From NCBI GenBank assembly GCA_031423615.1, contig JANPFV010000041.1, positions 1-62,480 of the forward strand: a DNA stretch of 62,480 nucleotides. Direction: 5' to 3'. The DNA is from Candidatus Omnitrophota bacterium (GTDB taxonomy: Bacteria; Omnitrophota; Gorgyraeia; Zapsychrales; JANLHA01). Shown piece by piece: positions 8,913-17,338 of this stretch (the stretch's first letter is position 1; each line of letters starts with the position of its first letter). Made by a program: the position numbers and the translations under genes. A model generated the notes under the pieces. It had not been told where the DNA came from. It made no database searches and saw only the letters and a list, made by a program, of their open reading frames with translations.

Positions 8913-9986
8913 TTACGCAATAATGGGAATACTCAATTCCCTCGCCAGAGCCTTGATAGAACGCGAAATTTCCGAAATCTCCTGCTGACGATTGTCGGTC
9001 TTGGTATTTCCGCGCATGAGCTGAAGATAATCCAAAACAATCATCTGAATGTCCTGATGCGATTTTAAACGGCGGGCCTTGGCCCGCAATTCCAAAGCCG
9101 AAATAGCTGGGGTATCATCGATAAAAATCGACGACGAAGACAATCGACCCGCGGCCGATGTTAATTTGGGCCAATCGGACGGCGCTAAATATCCCGAGCG
9201 TACTTTATGCGCATCGACCCGCGCCTGCGAACAAATCATGCGCTGAACCAGTTGCTCCTTAGACATTTCCAGACTGAAAAAAGCCACCGGTTTTTTTAAT
9301 TGAATGCCGACATGTTCTAAAATGGACGAAGCCAAAGCGCTTTTGCCCATCGACGGACGTCCGGCGATAATGACTAAATCGGAGGGCTGCAGACCCGATG
9401 TCATGCGGTCAAATTCCGCAAAACCGGTTTCCAGGCCCGTGACATGCTCTTTACGCTGATAGAGGGTGTCGATTTTTTCAATCGTACTTTTGACAAGTTC
9501 CTTAATATGGACCGAATTCTGACTGTGCTTCAGGTCGGAGATTTCAAAAATAAGTTTTTCGGCCGTATCCACAACCTCCGAAACATCATTCTTGCCTTCA
9601 TAAGCTTCGTGGACAATCTTGGTGGCATTGGCAATGAGCAAACGCAAAATCCCTTTTTCTTTGACGATGTTGGCGTAATGCTCGACGTTGGCCGCGGTGG
9701 GAACAAGATCGATCAGCCGCGATAGATAGGTCGGCCCGCCCACCGATTCTAAAACTCCATCGTTCCTGAGCTTTTCGGACAAGGTGATCAAATCGACATT
9801 CTTGCGGTTATTATAAAGATCAAGAATGGCCGAATAAATGCGGCGATGGTTTTGTTCGTAGAACCATGCTTCGTTGAGAATTTCTAAAGCGAGACCTATC
9901 GCCTCCTCGTCAATGAGCATGGCGCCTAAGACGGATTTCTCCGCCTCAAGATTCTGCGGTGGAAGTTTTACTTCTTGGCCACCCAT
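8913..9986 (-). CDS. dnaB: replicative DNA helicase DnaB, N-terminal 357 codons ending at a premature in-frame TAA
   Basis: PPQNLEAEKSVLGAML N-terminal motif and Walker A GRPSMGKSALA. It ends ...RELSIPIIA-TAA, where DnaB proteins read IIALSQLSR. Confidence 0.9.
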   Translation of the reverse strand: MGGQEVKLPPQNLEAEKSVLGAMLIDEEAIGLALEILNEAWFYEQNHRRIYSAILDLYNNRKNVDLITLSEKLRNDGVLESVGGPTYLSRLIDLVPTAANVEHYANIVKEKGILRLLIANATKIVHEAYEGKNDVSEVVDTAEKLIFEISDLKHSQNSVHIKELVKSTIEKIDTLYQRKEHVTGLETGFAEFDRMTSGLQPSDLVIIAGRPSMGKSALASSILEHVGIQLKKPVAFFSLEMSKEQLVQRMICSQARVDAHKVRSGYLAPSDWPKLTSAAGRLSSSSIFIDDTPAISALELRAKARRLKSHQDIQMIVLDYLQLMRGNTKTDNRQQEISEISRSIKALARELSIPIIA

Positions 9987-10411
9987 ACACGGACTTTGGC
10001 AGTGACTTCCGGATGGAGTTTAACCCCGACTTCAAAGATCCCGAGTTCTTCTATGGGCTTTTCTAATTCAATGATCTTGCGGTCGATCTTCAGGCCTTCG
10101 ACTTCCAAAGCGTGGGCGATATCTATTTCAGAAACCGAACCGTAAAGTTTCTCAAGGTCATTGACCTCAACGGTAACTGTGCAGGAAACCTTGGATATCT
10201 TTTCCGCCAATTCCTGGGCTTCTTTTTTACTGGCTTCGTATTCCTTGAGACGGGCAGTTTTTTCGTGTTCGACCCGGCGCTTGTTTTCGGGGGTGGCCGG
10301 ACAGGCCAATTTGCGGGGCAACAAAAAGTTGCGCGCAAATCCGTCCTTGACCTTGACCACATCGCCGATTTTCCCCACTTTAGGGACTTGCTGGCAAAGG
10401 ATAACTTCCAT
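9968..10411 (-). CDS. rplI: 50S ribosomal protein L9
   Basis: MEVILCQQVPKVGKIGDVVKVKDGFARNFLLPRKLA is the L9 N-terminal signature. 147 aa. Confidence 0.93.
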   Translation of the reverse strand: MEVILCQQVPKVGKIGDVVKVKDGFARNFLLPRKLACPATPENKRRVEHEKTARLKEYEASKKEAQELAEKISKVSCTVTVEVNDLEKLYGSVSEIDIAHALEVEGLKIDRKIIELEKPIEELGIFEVGVKLHPEVTAKVRVWVAKK

Positions 10412-10533
10412 GGATAAAACCTCCGTTAATAATTTTTGTCATCCCCGTATCATCTTCTCGAGGAGTCATTATAAATTCCGGGCAAAAATCCCGCAGCCCC
10501 GGGTTTTTAAACATCCGAGAAGGGGCGTGGATC

Positions 10534-10902
10534 TTAATGTTTCTTCGAACTGCCGACGGACAAAAGACCCAGGTAACGGGCATATTTGATCGCCATCGAC
10601 ATGTCCCGTTGTTCTTTGGCGGTGATGCCGGAAATACGACGGGGAACGATCTTGCCGCGCTCGGTCGTGTAACGCTGCAAAAGCGGAAGATTCTTGTAAT
10701 CGATTTTGATATCTTTCGGCAAAATAAACTTGGCAATATTCTTGCGAAAGCGCGGTTTATCACTTCCCCGTGCCCCGCGCGGGTTGTCAGAATTACTGTT
10801 GCCGCCGGTACTGTTTCTTCCCTTATAAGAAGACGATGAAGATGATCTTCCACCGGATGACCTTCCTGATGATGATGACCTGAAATTTCCTCTACTTTCC
10901 AA
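10534..10902 (-). CDS. rpsR: 30S ribosomal protein S18 with an approximately 50-aa Ser/Gly/Arg-rich N-terminal extension
   Basis: The core [48 protein letters not shown] is S18. The TTG start at 10902 is preceded by AAGGAGG (10915-10909) at 6-nt spacing. Confidence 0.88.
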   Translation of the reverse strand: MESRGNFRSSSSGRSSGGRSSSSSSYKGRNSTGGNSNSDNPRGARGSDKPRFRKNIAKFILPKDIKIDYKNLPLLQRYTTERGKIVPRRISGITAKEQRDMSMAIKYARYLGLLSVGSSKKH

Positions 10903-10938
10903 TTGACGCCTCCTTGATCCGTATTCGTTAATGAAATT

Positions 10939-11415
10939 TTATTCGTCCCAGCTGACATCCATAGGATTGATGGTATCACCCAACGGTCCGCCCATGGACC
11001 CCTGATGGGCTGTGTCAATATTCTCGGCATGGCCCTCGGGGCCGGATACGCTTTCTAATTTATCCATTGGCTTGCCGTCGGCGGCGAATTTCCCCAAGAA
11101 CTGGATACGCTCCGCGCGAACGTCAATGGTACTGCGTTTCTGTCCATCGGTTGTTTCCCAGGAACGGGATTGCAAAACTCCCTCGACAAAAATCGGGCTT
11201 CCTTTTTGTAAGAACTGGCAACACGCTTCCGCCTGTTTGTCCCAAACTGTTACGGTGAGAAAACAGACATCTTCCTTAAACTCCCCGTTCTTGTCGCGAA
11301 ACCGCCGGTTGACGGCTAATCCCAAATTGGCGACCGCAACACTCGCCGGAGTGTAACGGAGCTCCGGAGCGCGGGTCAAATTACCGATCAAAAAAACCTT
11401 GTTCAGATTCGCCAT
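10939..11415 (-). CDS. ssb: single-stranded DNA-binding protein
   Basis: MANLNKVFLIGNLTRAPELRYTP...VTVWDKQAE...FVEGVLQSRSWETTDGQKR is an OB-fold SSB pattern. It sits between rpsF and rpsR. Confidence 0.92.
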   Translation of the reverse strand: MANLNKVFLIGNLTRAPELRYTPASVAVANLGLAVNRRFRDKNGEFKEDVCFLTVTVWDKQAEACCQFLQKGSPIFVEGVLQSRSWETTDGQKRSTIDVRAERIQFLGKFAADGKPMDKLESVSGPEGHAENIDTAHQGSMGGPLGDTINPMDVSWDE

Positions 11416-11456
11416 ATATTGTCCCTCACAAAATGAGTTAAAGATCCAATTGAATT

Positions 11457-11744
11457 TTAAACCGCGCGCGTCATCAGAAAACGCAAAATGCGTTCGTTGA
11501 CCCGCAATGTCTTTTGCAATGGCAAAACGGCGGCCGACGGGCTTTCCAAATTCATGAGATAATAGGTGCCTTCCCAGCTCTTTTTTAAACGAAAACTGAA
11601 TTTATGCTTCTCAATCCACACTTGACTGTTGATCAGTTTCCCGCCGGACTTGGTAATGGCCTCGGCTGTTTCCTTGACAATGCTGTCTTTTTGTTCCTGC
11701 GGCAGTGCAGCGTCCACAACGACCGCCAATTCGTACTTATTCAT
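11457..11744 (-). CDS. rpsF: 30S ribosomal protein S6
   Basis: MNKYELAVVVDAALPQEQ... 95 aa, in the conserved rpsF-ssb-rpsR-rplI order. Confidence 0.9.
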   Translation of the reverse strand: MNKYELAVVVDAALPQEQKDSIVKETAEAITKSGGKLINSQVWIEKHKFSFRLKKSWEGTYYLMNLESPSAAVLPLQKTLRVNERILRFLMTRAV

Positions 11745-11776
11745 GTTTCCTCCGTTGAACGTGATTATTAATTTGA

Positions 11777-12361
11777 TTACGTCAATAATTTTTGATTATA
11801 CCGGCTCATCACCGTGGAAAGCGACTCACTGGTCCAGGCCCGGCAACAATCCGCGGCCGCGGTCAAGAATTCCGGTAATTTTTTCTTTTCGTCCAAGCGA
11901 AAATCCTCCAGGACAAAATCCACCGCATTTTTGTGAGGGGGAATCGGCCCGATGCCCATACGCAACCGGCTGAATTCCTTGGTGCCCAAATGATCGATAA
12001 TGGAAGCCAGGCCATTGTGTCCGCCGTCGCTGCCTTGCTCGCGCATGCGGATCTGGCCAAAGACCAAGCTAAAATCATCGCAAACAATCAGGATATTTTC
12101 CGGCTCAATTTTCTTGGCCGTTACGGCCTGTTTAACAACCATACCGGAATTGTTCATGAACGAATGCGGCAACAGCAAAACGACTTCCCGGTTTTCCAAA
12201 CGGCCTTCGGCCCAAAGTCCTTTGACCGACGTTGACTTGCGCAAACGCAAACCCAGGTCCTCGGCCAAACGCGTCACCGTCAAAAAGCCCATATTATGAC
12301 GGGTCCATTCGTATTCCGAACCGGGATTTCCTAAGCCTACAATCAAGCGTTTTTCTGACAT
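11777..12361 (-). CDS. pth: peptidyl-tRNA hydrolase
   Basis: LIVGLGNPGSEYEWTRHNMGF and GGHNGLASI motifs. 194 aa. Confidence 0.93.
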   Translation of the reverse strand: MSEKRLIVGLGNPGSEYEWTRHNMGFLTVTRLAEDLGLRLRKSTSVKGLWAEGRLENREVVLLLPHSFMNNSGMVVKQAVTAKKIEPENILIVCDDFSLVFGQIRMREQGSDGGHNGLASIIDHLGTKEFSRLRMGIGPIPPHKNAVDFVLEDFRLDEKKKLPEFLTAAADCCRAWTSESLSTVMSRYNQKLLT

Positions 12362-12378
12362 TCATCCACCTTAATGAT

Positions 12379-13083
12379 TTATTTCTTCTTTTCTTCCGGT
12401 TTCTTATCTCCGGCGGCCGCATCCTTCTTATCACCGGCTACGGGTTCTTTATCTTTCTTCTCTTTAATGACTTCCAATTCAGCCGGCGCGGCTTCAGCGG
12501 CGACTTCTTCCTTCATTGGCGGAACAACCGTCATGACCATGGCCTCAGGGTCATGTTTTGTAATGACGCCTTCCGGCAGAACAATGTCCTTAACATGAAT
12601 ACTGCCGCCGATTTCCAGCTTGCTGACTTCAGCCTCCAGATGGTGCGGGATCTGGGTGGGCAAACACACGACGTCCAATTCCCAAATGACGTGTTCCAAG
12701 GAACCGCCGTCGCGCTTGACTCCCACCGCTTCCCCGACGGCGTGAACAGCGACTTTGACGGTGATTTTATCGGTGAGGGAAATACGGTTAAAATCAATAT
12801 GAATGACCTGGTCACTGACCGGGTGATGTTGTTCCTCTTTGACAATCGCCGCATAATCACGTAGTTTTTTATCCCCCTGAAGAACATTGAGGCGAAAAAT
12901 AACGTTCTCGCCATGATGCTCGCGGCGGATACGTTCATAGGCTTTGCGGCTGACCTTGACTGCGGTCGGCACTTTTTTACTGCCGTAAACGATTCCCGGG
13001 ACTAAATTTTCCCGACGGATCGCCTTGGCTTTTGCGGTCCCGACTTCTTCGCGGACCTGAACATCGAGATCAATCTGTTGCAT
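12379..13083 (-). CDS. rplY: 50S ribosomal protein L25 / general stress protein Ctc
   Basis: The KAIRRENLVPGIVYG motif, two beta-barrel domains and a Lys/Glu-rich tail. I trimmed the start to the ATG at 13083 (MQQIDLDVQVRE). Confidence 0.88.
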   Translation of the reverse strand: MQQIDLDVQVREEVGTAKAKAIRRENLVPGIVYGSKKVPTAVKVSRKAYERIRREHHGENVIFRLNVLQGDKKLRDYAAIVKEEQHHPVSDQVIHIDFNRISLTDKITVKVAVHAVGEAVGVKRDGGSLEHVIWELDVVCLPTQIPHHLEAEVSKLEIGGSIHVKDIVLPEGVITKHDPEAMVMTVVPPMKEEVAAEAAPAELEVIKEKKDKEPVAGDKKDAAAGDKKPEEKKK

Positions 13084-13164
13084 ATCATACCTTCCTTTGT
13101 GGTGTTCCTGGTGAAGTGCTGTCAAAACACACAACACTCGACGTTAAACGTTAACTTCTTGACC

Positions 13165-14130
13165 TTACTTCATTTGGTTCTGCGTTTCTTCAAATAAAAT
13201 ACTCACCGATTCCTCGGCGTGAATACGTTTGATGGCGTCCGCTAAAAGCTGGGCGACCGAGACAAGTTTGATCTTAGGATATTCTTTTTGCCGGTTAAAG
13301 GGAATACTGTTGGTGATGACAAGCTCCTTAATAATGGAACATTTTTGAACCTTGTCCAAAGCCATACCGGACAAAATCCCGTGACTGACCGCCGCATAAA
13401 CTTCCTTGACCCCATTGCGGCCCAAAGCTTCCGCCGCATCAACAAGAGATCCGGCCGTCGCGACAATGTCATCGACAATGACCGCGATTTTTCCGGTGAC
13501 TTCCCCTAAAATGTGCATGACTTCCGTTGTTTCCGGCCCCTTGCGCCGTTTGTCAACGACCGCCAATTCGGCCCCCAAACGCTTGGCATAGGCGCGGGCC
13601 ATTTTGACGCCGCCCACATCGGACGTGACAACAACCAAATCTTTCGAATCAATATTTTTCCCGGCCATATAATCACACAGAACATTGATCGCATACAAAT
13701 GGTCGACGGGAATATCAAAAAACCCCTGGATCTGACTGGCGTGCAAATCCATGGTCAAAACCCGGTCCGCTCCCGCGGCACAGATCAAATTGGCGACCAG
13801 CTTGGCGGTGATGGGAACGCGCGACTGGTCTTTGCGGTCTTGCCGGGCATATCCATAATAGGGAATGACGGTTGTGATGCGCTGGGCCGAAGCGCGGCGC
13901 GCGGCGTCCATCATAATCAACAATTCCATGAGATTATCATTCGTCGGCGGGCAGGTCGGCTGGACGATAAACACGTCGCGGCCGCGGATATTTTCCTTGA
14001 TTTGAACGCGGATTTCGCCTTCGCTGAAACGGCCGACTAAAACATCGGTCAATTTGATACCTAATTGTTCGGCTATTTCCCTGGCCAATTCCGGATTGGA
14101 ATTTCCGGTTAAAACCGCCATTTCTCTCAT
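13165..14130 (-). CDS. prs: ribose-phosphate pyrophosphokinase
   Basis: VIPYYGYARQDRK and the PRPP-binding loop VIVDDIVATAGS. I trimmed the start to the ATG at 14130 (MREMAVLTGNSNPELA), which removes the overlap with glmU. Confidence 0.93.
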   Translation of the reverse strand: MREMAVLTGNSNPELAREIAEQLGIKLTDVLVGRFSEGEIRVQIKENIRGRDVFIVQPTCPPTNDNLMELLIMMDAARRASAQRITTVIPYYGYARQDRKDQSRVPITAKLVANLICAAGADRVLTMDLHASQIQGFFDIPVDHLYAINVLCDYMAGKNIDSKDLVVVTSDVGGVKMARAYAKRLGAELAVVDKRRKGPETTEVMHILGEVTGKIAVIVDDIVATAGSLVDAAEALGRNGVKEVYAAVSHGILSGMALDKVQKCSIIKELVITNSIPFNRQKEYPKIKLVSVAQLLADAIKRIHAEESVSILFEETQNQMK

Positions 14131-14152
14131 AAAATTTGCTCCGTCGTAAAGA

Positions 14153-15415
14153 TTAACGAACCGTGCGACGCGGCACCATTCTCGCCGGCACACCCACAAA
14201 AATTTTTCCGTCGGGAATAACTTTCCCTGCGGTAAGCACCGAACCGGCACCCGTCATAGCTTTTTTGCCGATCTTAACCGGAGCCACCAGAATGGAATCC
14301 GAACCTATAAACGCGCCATCGCCAATTGTGGTAAGGTTTTTATTCTGACCGTCATAATTCGCGGTGACCGTACCCGCCCCGATATTGACTTTCCGGCCAA
14401 TTAATGCATCACCTAAAAAACTAAAATGTTTAATCAATGTCCCGCTCCCCACCGAGCTCCGCGAAACTTCCGTAAAATTTCCAATTTCCACGGTGTCCTC
14501 AATCCGGGTTCCGGGACGTAATCGGCAAAAAGGTCCGATCACGCAATTTTTGCCGATTGTGACATCCTTTTCAATAACCGTAAACGGCCGGATTATGGTA
14601 TCTTGCCCAATTTTGACTCCGGCGGCAATGTCAGTCGTTACAGGATCAATTATTGTAACACCACTTAACATCAAATCCGTTAAAATCCTTTGACGCAAAA
14701 CCCCGGCCGCAGCCGCTAAATCTTCCCGCGTATTAACACCCCATCCTTCGGCTGGCTCAGGGGTTTCGACCGTCTCAATACGCAAACCTTTTTTATGATA
14801 AAGCGCGATGATATCAGTCAGATAATGTTCGCCCTTACGGGCATTGATTTTTATCTTTTTTAAGTTTTCAAATAAGGCTTTGCTGCGAAAACAAAAAACC
14901 CCGGAATTGATTTCCTTGATCTCCCGTTCATTGTATTCACAGTCCTTTTCTTCACGGATTGCAGCCACACGTCCAGAATTGTCCCGGATGATGCGGCCGT
15001 ACCCTTGAGGCTGAGTGACAACGGCCGTTAAAATCGTGGCCGCGGCATTCAAACCACGATGCCATTTGATTAAAGCCTTGATCGTCTCAATTCTCAATAG
15101 CGGAGTATCTCCGCACAAAATCAAAATATCCCCGCGGAAATTCTTGAAAAACTTTTCCCCGCTTTTGACCGCATTCCCAGTTCCTAAAAGTTTCCTTTGT
15201 TTAACGGTCAAAATGTCTTTGCCCAAATGAGCGCGGATTTTTTCAATTTCATGTCCCAGAACAACACAGGTCTTCGTGGAACCCGCGTTGTGGGCCACAT
15301 CCAAAACATAATCAATAAGAGAACGCCCACACACTTCGTGCAAAACTTTGGGGATCGAGGAATTCATCCGTGTCCCCTTGCCCGCCGCCAAAATGATCGT
15401 CCCTAAAGGTTTCAT
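14153..15415 (-). CDS. glmU: bifunctional UDP-GlcNAc pyrophosphorylase / GlcN-1-P N-acetyltransferase GlmU
   Basis: The N-terminal nucleotidyltransferase motif IILAAGKGTRMNSSIPKVLH and a C-terminal hexapeptide-repeat domain. Confidence 0.9.
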   Translation of the reverse strand: MKPLGTIILAAGKGTRMNSSIPKVLHEVCGRSLIDYVLDVAHNAGSTKTCVVLGHEIEKIRAHLGKDILTVKQRKLLGTGNAVKSGEKFFKNFRGDILILCGDTPLLRIETIKALIKWHRGLNAAATILTAVVTQPQGYGRIIRDNSGRVAAIREEKDCEYNEREIKEINSGVFCFRSKALFENLKKIKINARKGEHYLTDIIALYHKKGLRIETVETPEPAEGWGVNTREDLAAAAGVLRQRILTDLMLSGVTIIDPVTTDIAAGVKIGQDTIIRPFTVIEKDVTIGKNCVIGPFCRLRPGTRIEDTVEIGNFTEVSRSSVGSGTLIKHFSFLGDALIGRKVNIGAGTVTANYDGQNKNLTTIGDGAFIGSDSILVAPVKIGKKAMTGAGSVLTAGKVIPDGKIFVGVPARMVPRRTVR

Positions 15416-15427
15416 AAAAATTGCTTC

Positions 15428-15736
15428 CTAAAATTTTATAATCGGGACCAGACCGACTAAGGCTAATTTTCTTTTTCGCGACAAACGTTTGATTTCAAAT
15501 TCTCTTTTTAGGGCCTCACTGCGTCCGGCCGATTTTTCCGAATAGACAATTTTTTTTGCCCCGAACGTCCGTGTGAATTTTCCGCCGTTGCCGCTTTGAT
15601 GCTGCTTAAATCGCCGCTTCAGATCGCCGGTGATTCCCGTATACAAATCGCCATTTTCACATTCCAGAACGTAAACACACCACGCGGTCTTTTTTTTGTC
15701 CGTTTTTTTATTTTGGGATTTTCTCACAAAAATCAA
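15428..15736 (-). CDS. GIY-YIG nuclease superfamily protein (stand-alone URI domain)
   Basis: WCVYVLECENGDLYTGITGDLKRRFKQH...REFEIKRLSRKRKLAL carries the GIY...YxG...R...E motif pattern. 102 aa. Confidence 0.85.
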   Translation of the reverse strand: MIFVRKSQNKKTDKKKTAWCVYVLECENGDLYTGITGDLKRRFKQHQSGNGGKFTRTFGAKKIVYSEKSAGRSEALKREFEIKRLSRKRKLALVGLVPIIKF

Positions 15737-15852
15737 AAATATTTATTATTCAAACGCCCCAGCCAGGGCTTCCCGCGTCGCGGCGGGGGACTCGGCCTAT
15801 TTCTTAACCAACGTCGTGTACAAGTTTTGATCTATCGTTAAGATTGACGCTG

Positions 15853-15935
15853 GCTGATCCGAAGAGTCCTTTTTAGGCTCATTCGTTTTGCGCCTCTATG
15901 GCGCTATTCGCCTAAAAAGGACTCTTCGGATCAGC
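15853..15935. repeat. perfect 26-bp inverted repeat with a 31-nt loop, forming a long hairpin 3' of tRNA-Gln
   Basis: gctgatccgaagagtcctttttaggc (15853-15878) is the exact reverse complement of 15910-15935. The loop contains a second small hairpin, gcgcc-tctat-ggcgc. Confidence 0.9.
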
Positions 15936-15970
15936 AAAACTTTCACATCACGTTGACCAGTTATTTAATA

Positions 15971-16042
15971 CTGCCCAGCCAGGGCTCGAACCTGGAAAAC
16001 GAGATCCAAATTCTCGTGTGTTACCGATTACACCACCGGGCA
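15971..16042 (-). tRNA. tRNA-Gln (anticodon UUG)
   Basis: I folded this by hand. Acceptor TGCCCGG/CTGGGCA, D arm GTGT-AATCGGTA-ACAC, anticodon arm CGAGA-ATTTGGA-TCTCG (anticodon TTG) and T arm CCAGG-TTCGAGC-CCTGG. Discriminator G and a U1-A72 pair, as is typical for tRNA-Gln. No CCA is encoded. Confidence 0.9.
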
Positions 16043-16080
16043 AGATAAGCAATTATTTTTTTCGAAAACCATCCCGATGA

Positions 16081-16464
16081 TCACGAAGGACTTTGAATGG
16101 ATTCTTTTGTATACGCCTCTAAGATTTTATTTTGCAGGATTTCCCGAAATTGTTGTGTGATCGGATGAGCAATGTCACGATGTTCATTTTTAGAATCGTG
16201 CATGGCCATCTCTTCTTTTGTGGGCATCACAACGCGCCCACCGCATTCATTACAAAATTTGCTTCCCGCTTCATTCTTAAAACCGCATCCGTGACAAGGA
16301 ATCTTCAACTTTCTCGACGGCATGGCGACAAAAAAACCGCTGGTCCCTGCGATCACCTTAATATTGCGAACCACAAAACACTGATCAAAGGTAACGGTGA
16401 CATATCCTTTGAGTTTTTTGTCCTGACCCTCTTTGAGAAAGACACGGATCTCGGTGACTTCCAT
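16081..16464 (-). CDS. spoVG: SpoVG-family protein with an inserted zinc-ribbon
   Basis: MEVTEIRVFLKEGQDKKLKGYVTVTFDQCFVVRNIKVIAGTSGFFVAMPSRK and RDIAHPITQQFREILQNKILEAY match SpoVG. The insert between them contains CHGCGFKNEAGSKFCNECGG. I trimmed the start to the ATG at 16464. Confidence 0.85.
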   Translation of the reverse strand: MEVTEIRVFLKEGQDKKLKGYVTVTFDQCFVVRNIKVIAGTSGFFVAMPSRKLKIPCHGCGFKNEAGSKFCNECGGRVVMPTKEEMAMHDSKNEHRDIAHPITQQFREILQNKILEAYTKESIQSPS

Positions 16465-16477
16465 TGTGCAACTCCTC

Positions 16478-17335
16478 TTAAAACGTGCGGACGACAAAAA
16501 CTCTGGCATAATACCGCCGCAAGTCTTTGGACGCCGCAAGCGCCATCTTTTCCGACGGTGCAAGCCCATAACAGGCCGGGCCGCTACCAGAAAAAGCTAC
16601 ACCGCAAAAGCTATATTTGCGCATCCTTTCTTTGACCCGGAGGAGTTCGGGCCGGATGCTCAAAATGCTTGTTTCGAGATCATTGTGAAGCAAATTTCCC
16701 ACTTCAAAGGCCGACTTCTCCTTTAAAGCAAGAGTCAGAATATTAACATCCGCCCTCTTTTTTGTCAACTTCAAATTGAGGCGGGTAAAGACATCTTTGG
16801 AATACATCTTAATTCGAGGAACGACAACAACATGCCACAATTTCCGGCGAATTTTAAACGGTGTGATCTTCTCTCCCCGGCCTTCGCCCAATGCCCAGCT
16901 GGCATTATATAAAAAGAAGGCCACATCACTGCCGATTTTGGCCCCCATATCTACGATCTGGGAACGCCTAAGGCCGCATTTCCAGATTTTATCCAGGCCC
17001 AAAAGTGTTGTGGCGGCATTACTTGAACCACCGGCCAAACCCGCGGCAACGGGAATGTTTTTTTTAATGTGAATCGTGACGCCTTGGGAAATGGCAAACT
17101 GCTTTTGCATCATCTGGCTGACTTGATAAACTAAATTTTTGGGTCCTTTAGGGACCTGGGGATCGTCGCAAATAATTGTAATTTTACCAACGGGGTCAGC
17201 CGTCAAACGGATTTCATCGAACAAACTGATCCGTTCGAAAACAGTTTCAAGGTCATGATACTGATCAGGTCTTTTGCGAAGGACTTTGAGGAAAAGATTA
17301 AGTTTGGCAGGCGAATGCAGAAGAAGGCTGGCCAT
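16478..17335 (-). CDS. ispE: 4-diphosphocytidyl-2-C-methyl-D-erythritol kinase
   Basis: PAKLNLFLKVLRKRPDQYHDLETVFERISLFDEI and the GHMP kinase loop PVAAGLAGGSSNAA. Confidence 0.92.
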   Translation of the reverse strand: MASLLLHSPAKLNLFLKVLRKRPDQYHDLETVFERISLFDEIRLTADPVGKITIICDDPQVPKGPKNLVYQVSQMMQKQFAISQGVTIHIKKNIPVAAGLAGGSSNAATTLLGLDKIWKCGLRRSQIVDMGAKIGSDVAFFLYNASWALGEGRGEKITPFKIRRKLWHVVVVPRIKMYSKDVFTRLNLKLTKKRADVNILTLALKEKSAFEVGNLLHNDLETSILSIRPELLRVKERMRKYSFCGVAFSGSGPACYGLAPSEKMALAASKDLRRYYARVFVVRTF

Positions 17336-17338
17336 AGC

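Noticed and set aside
8913-8915. The idea that the in-frame TAA in dnaB reflects a reassigned stop codon (alternative genetic code).
   Set aside because: TAA clearly terminates other well-defined genes in the window, for example rplI at 9968-9970 and skp at 5599-5601. No other gene shows an internal TAA, TAG or TGA. A genome-wide recoding is therefore not supported.
10939-10965. The SSB C-terminus ends ...NPMDVSWDE rather than the canonical acidic-hydrophobic D-D-D-I-P-F tip.
   Set aside because: The tail is still acidic with an aromatic residue. Lineage-specific variants of the tip are common, and without an alignment this is not clearly anomalous.
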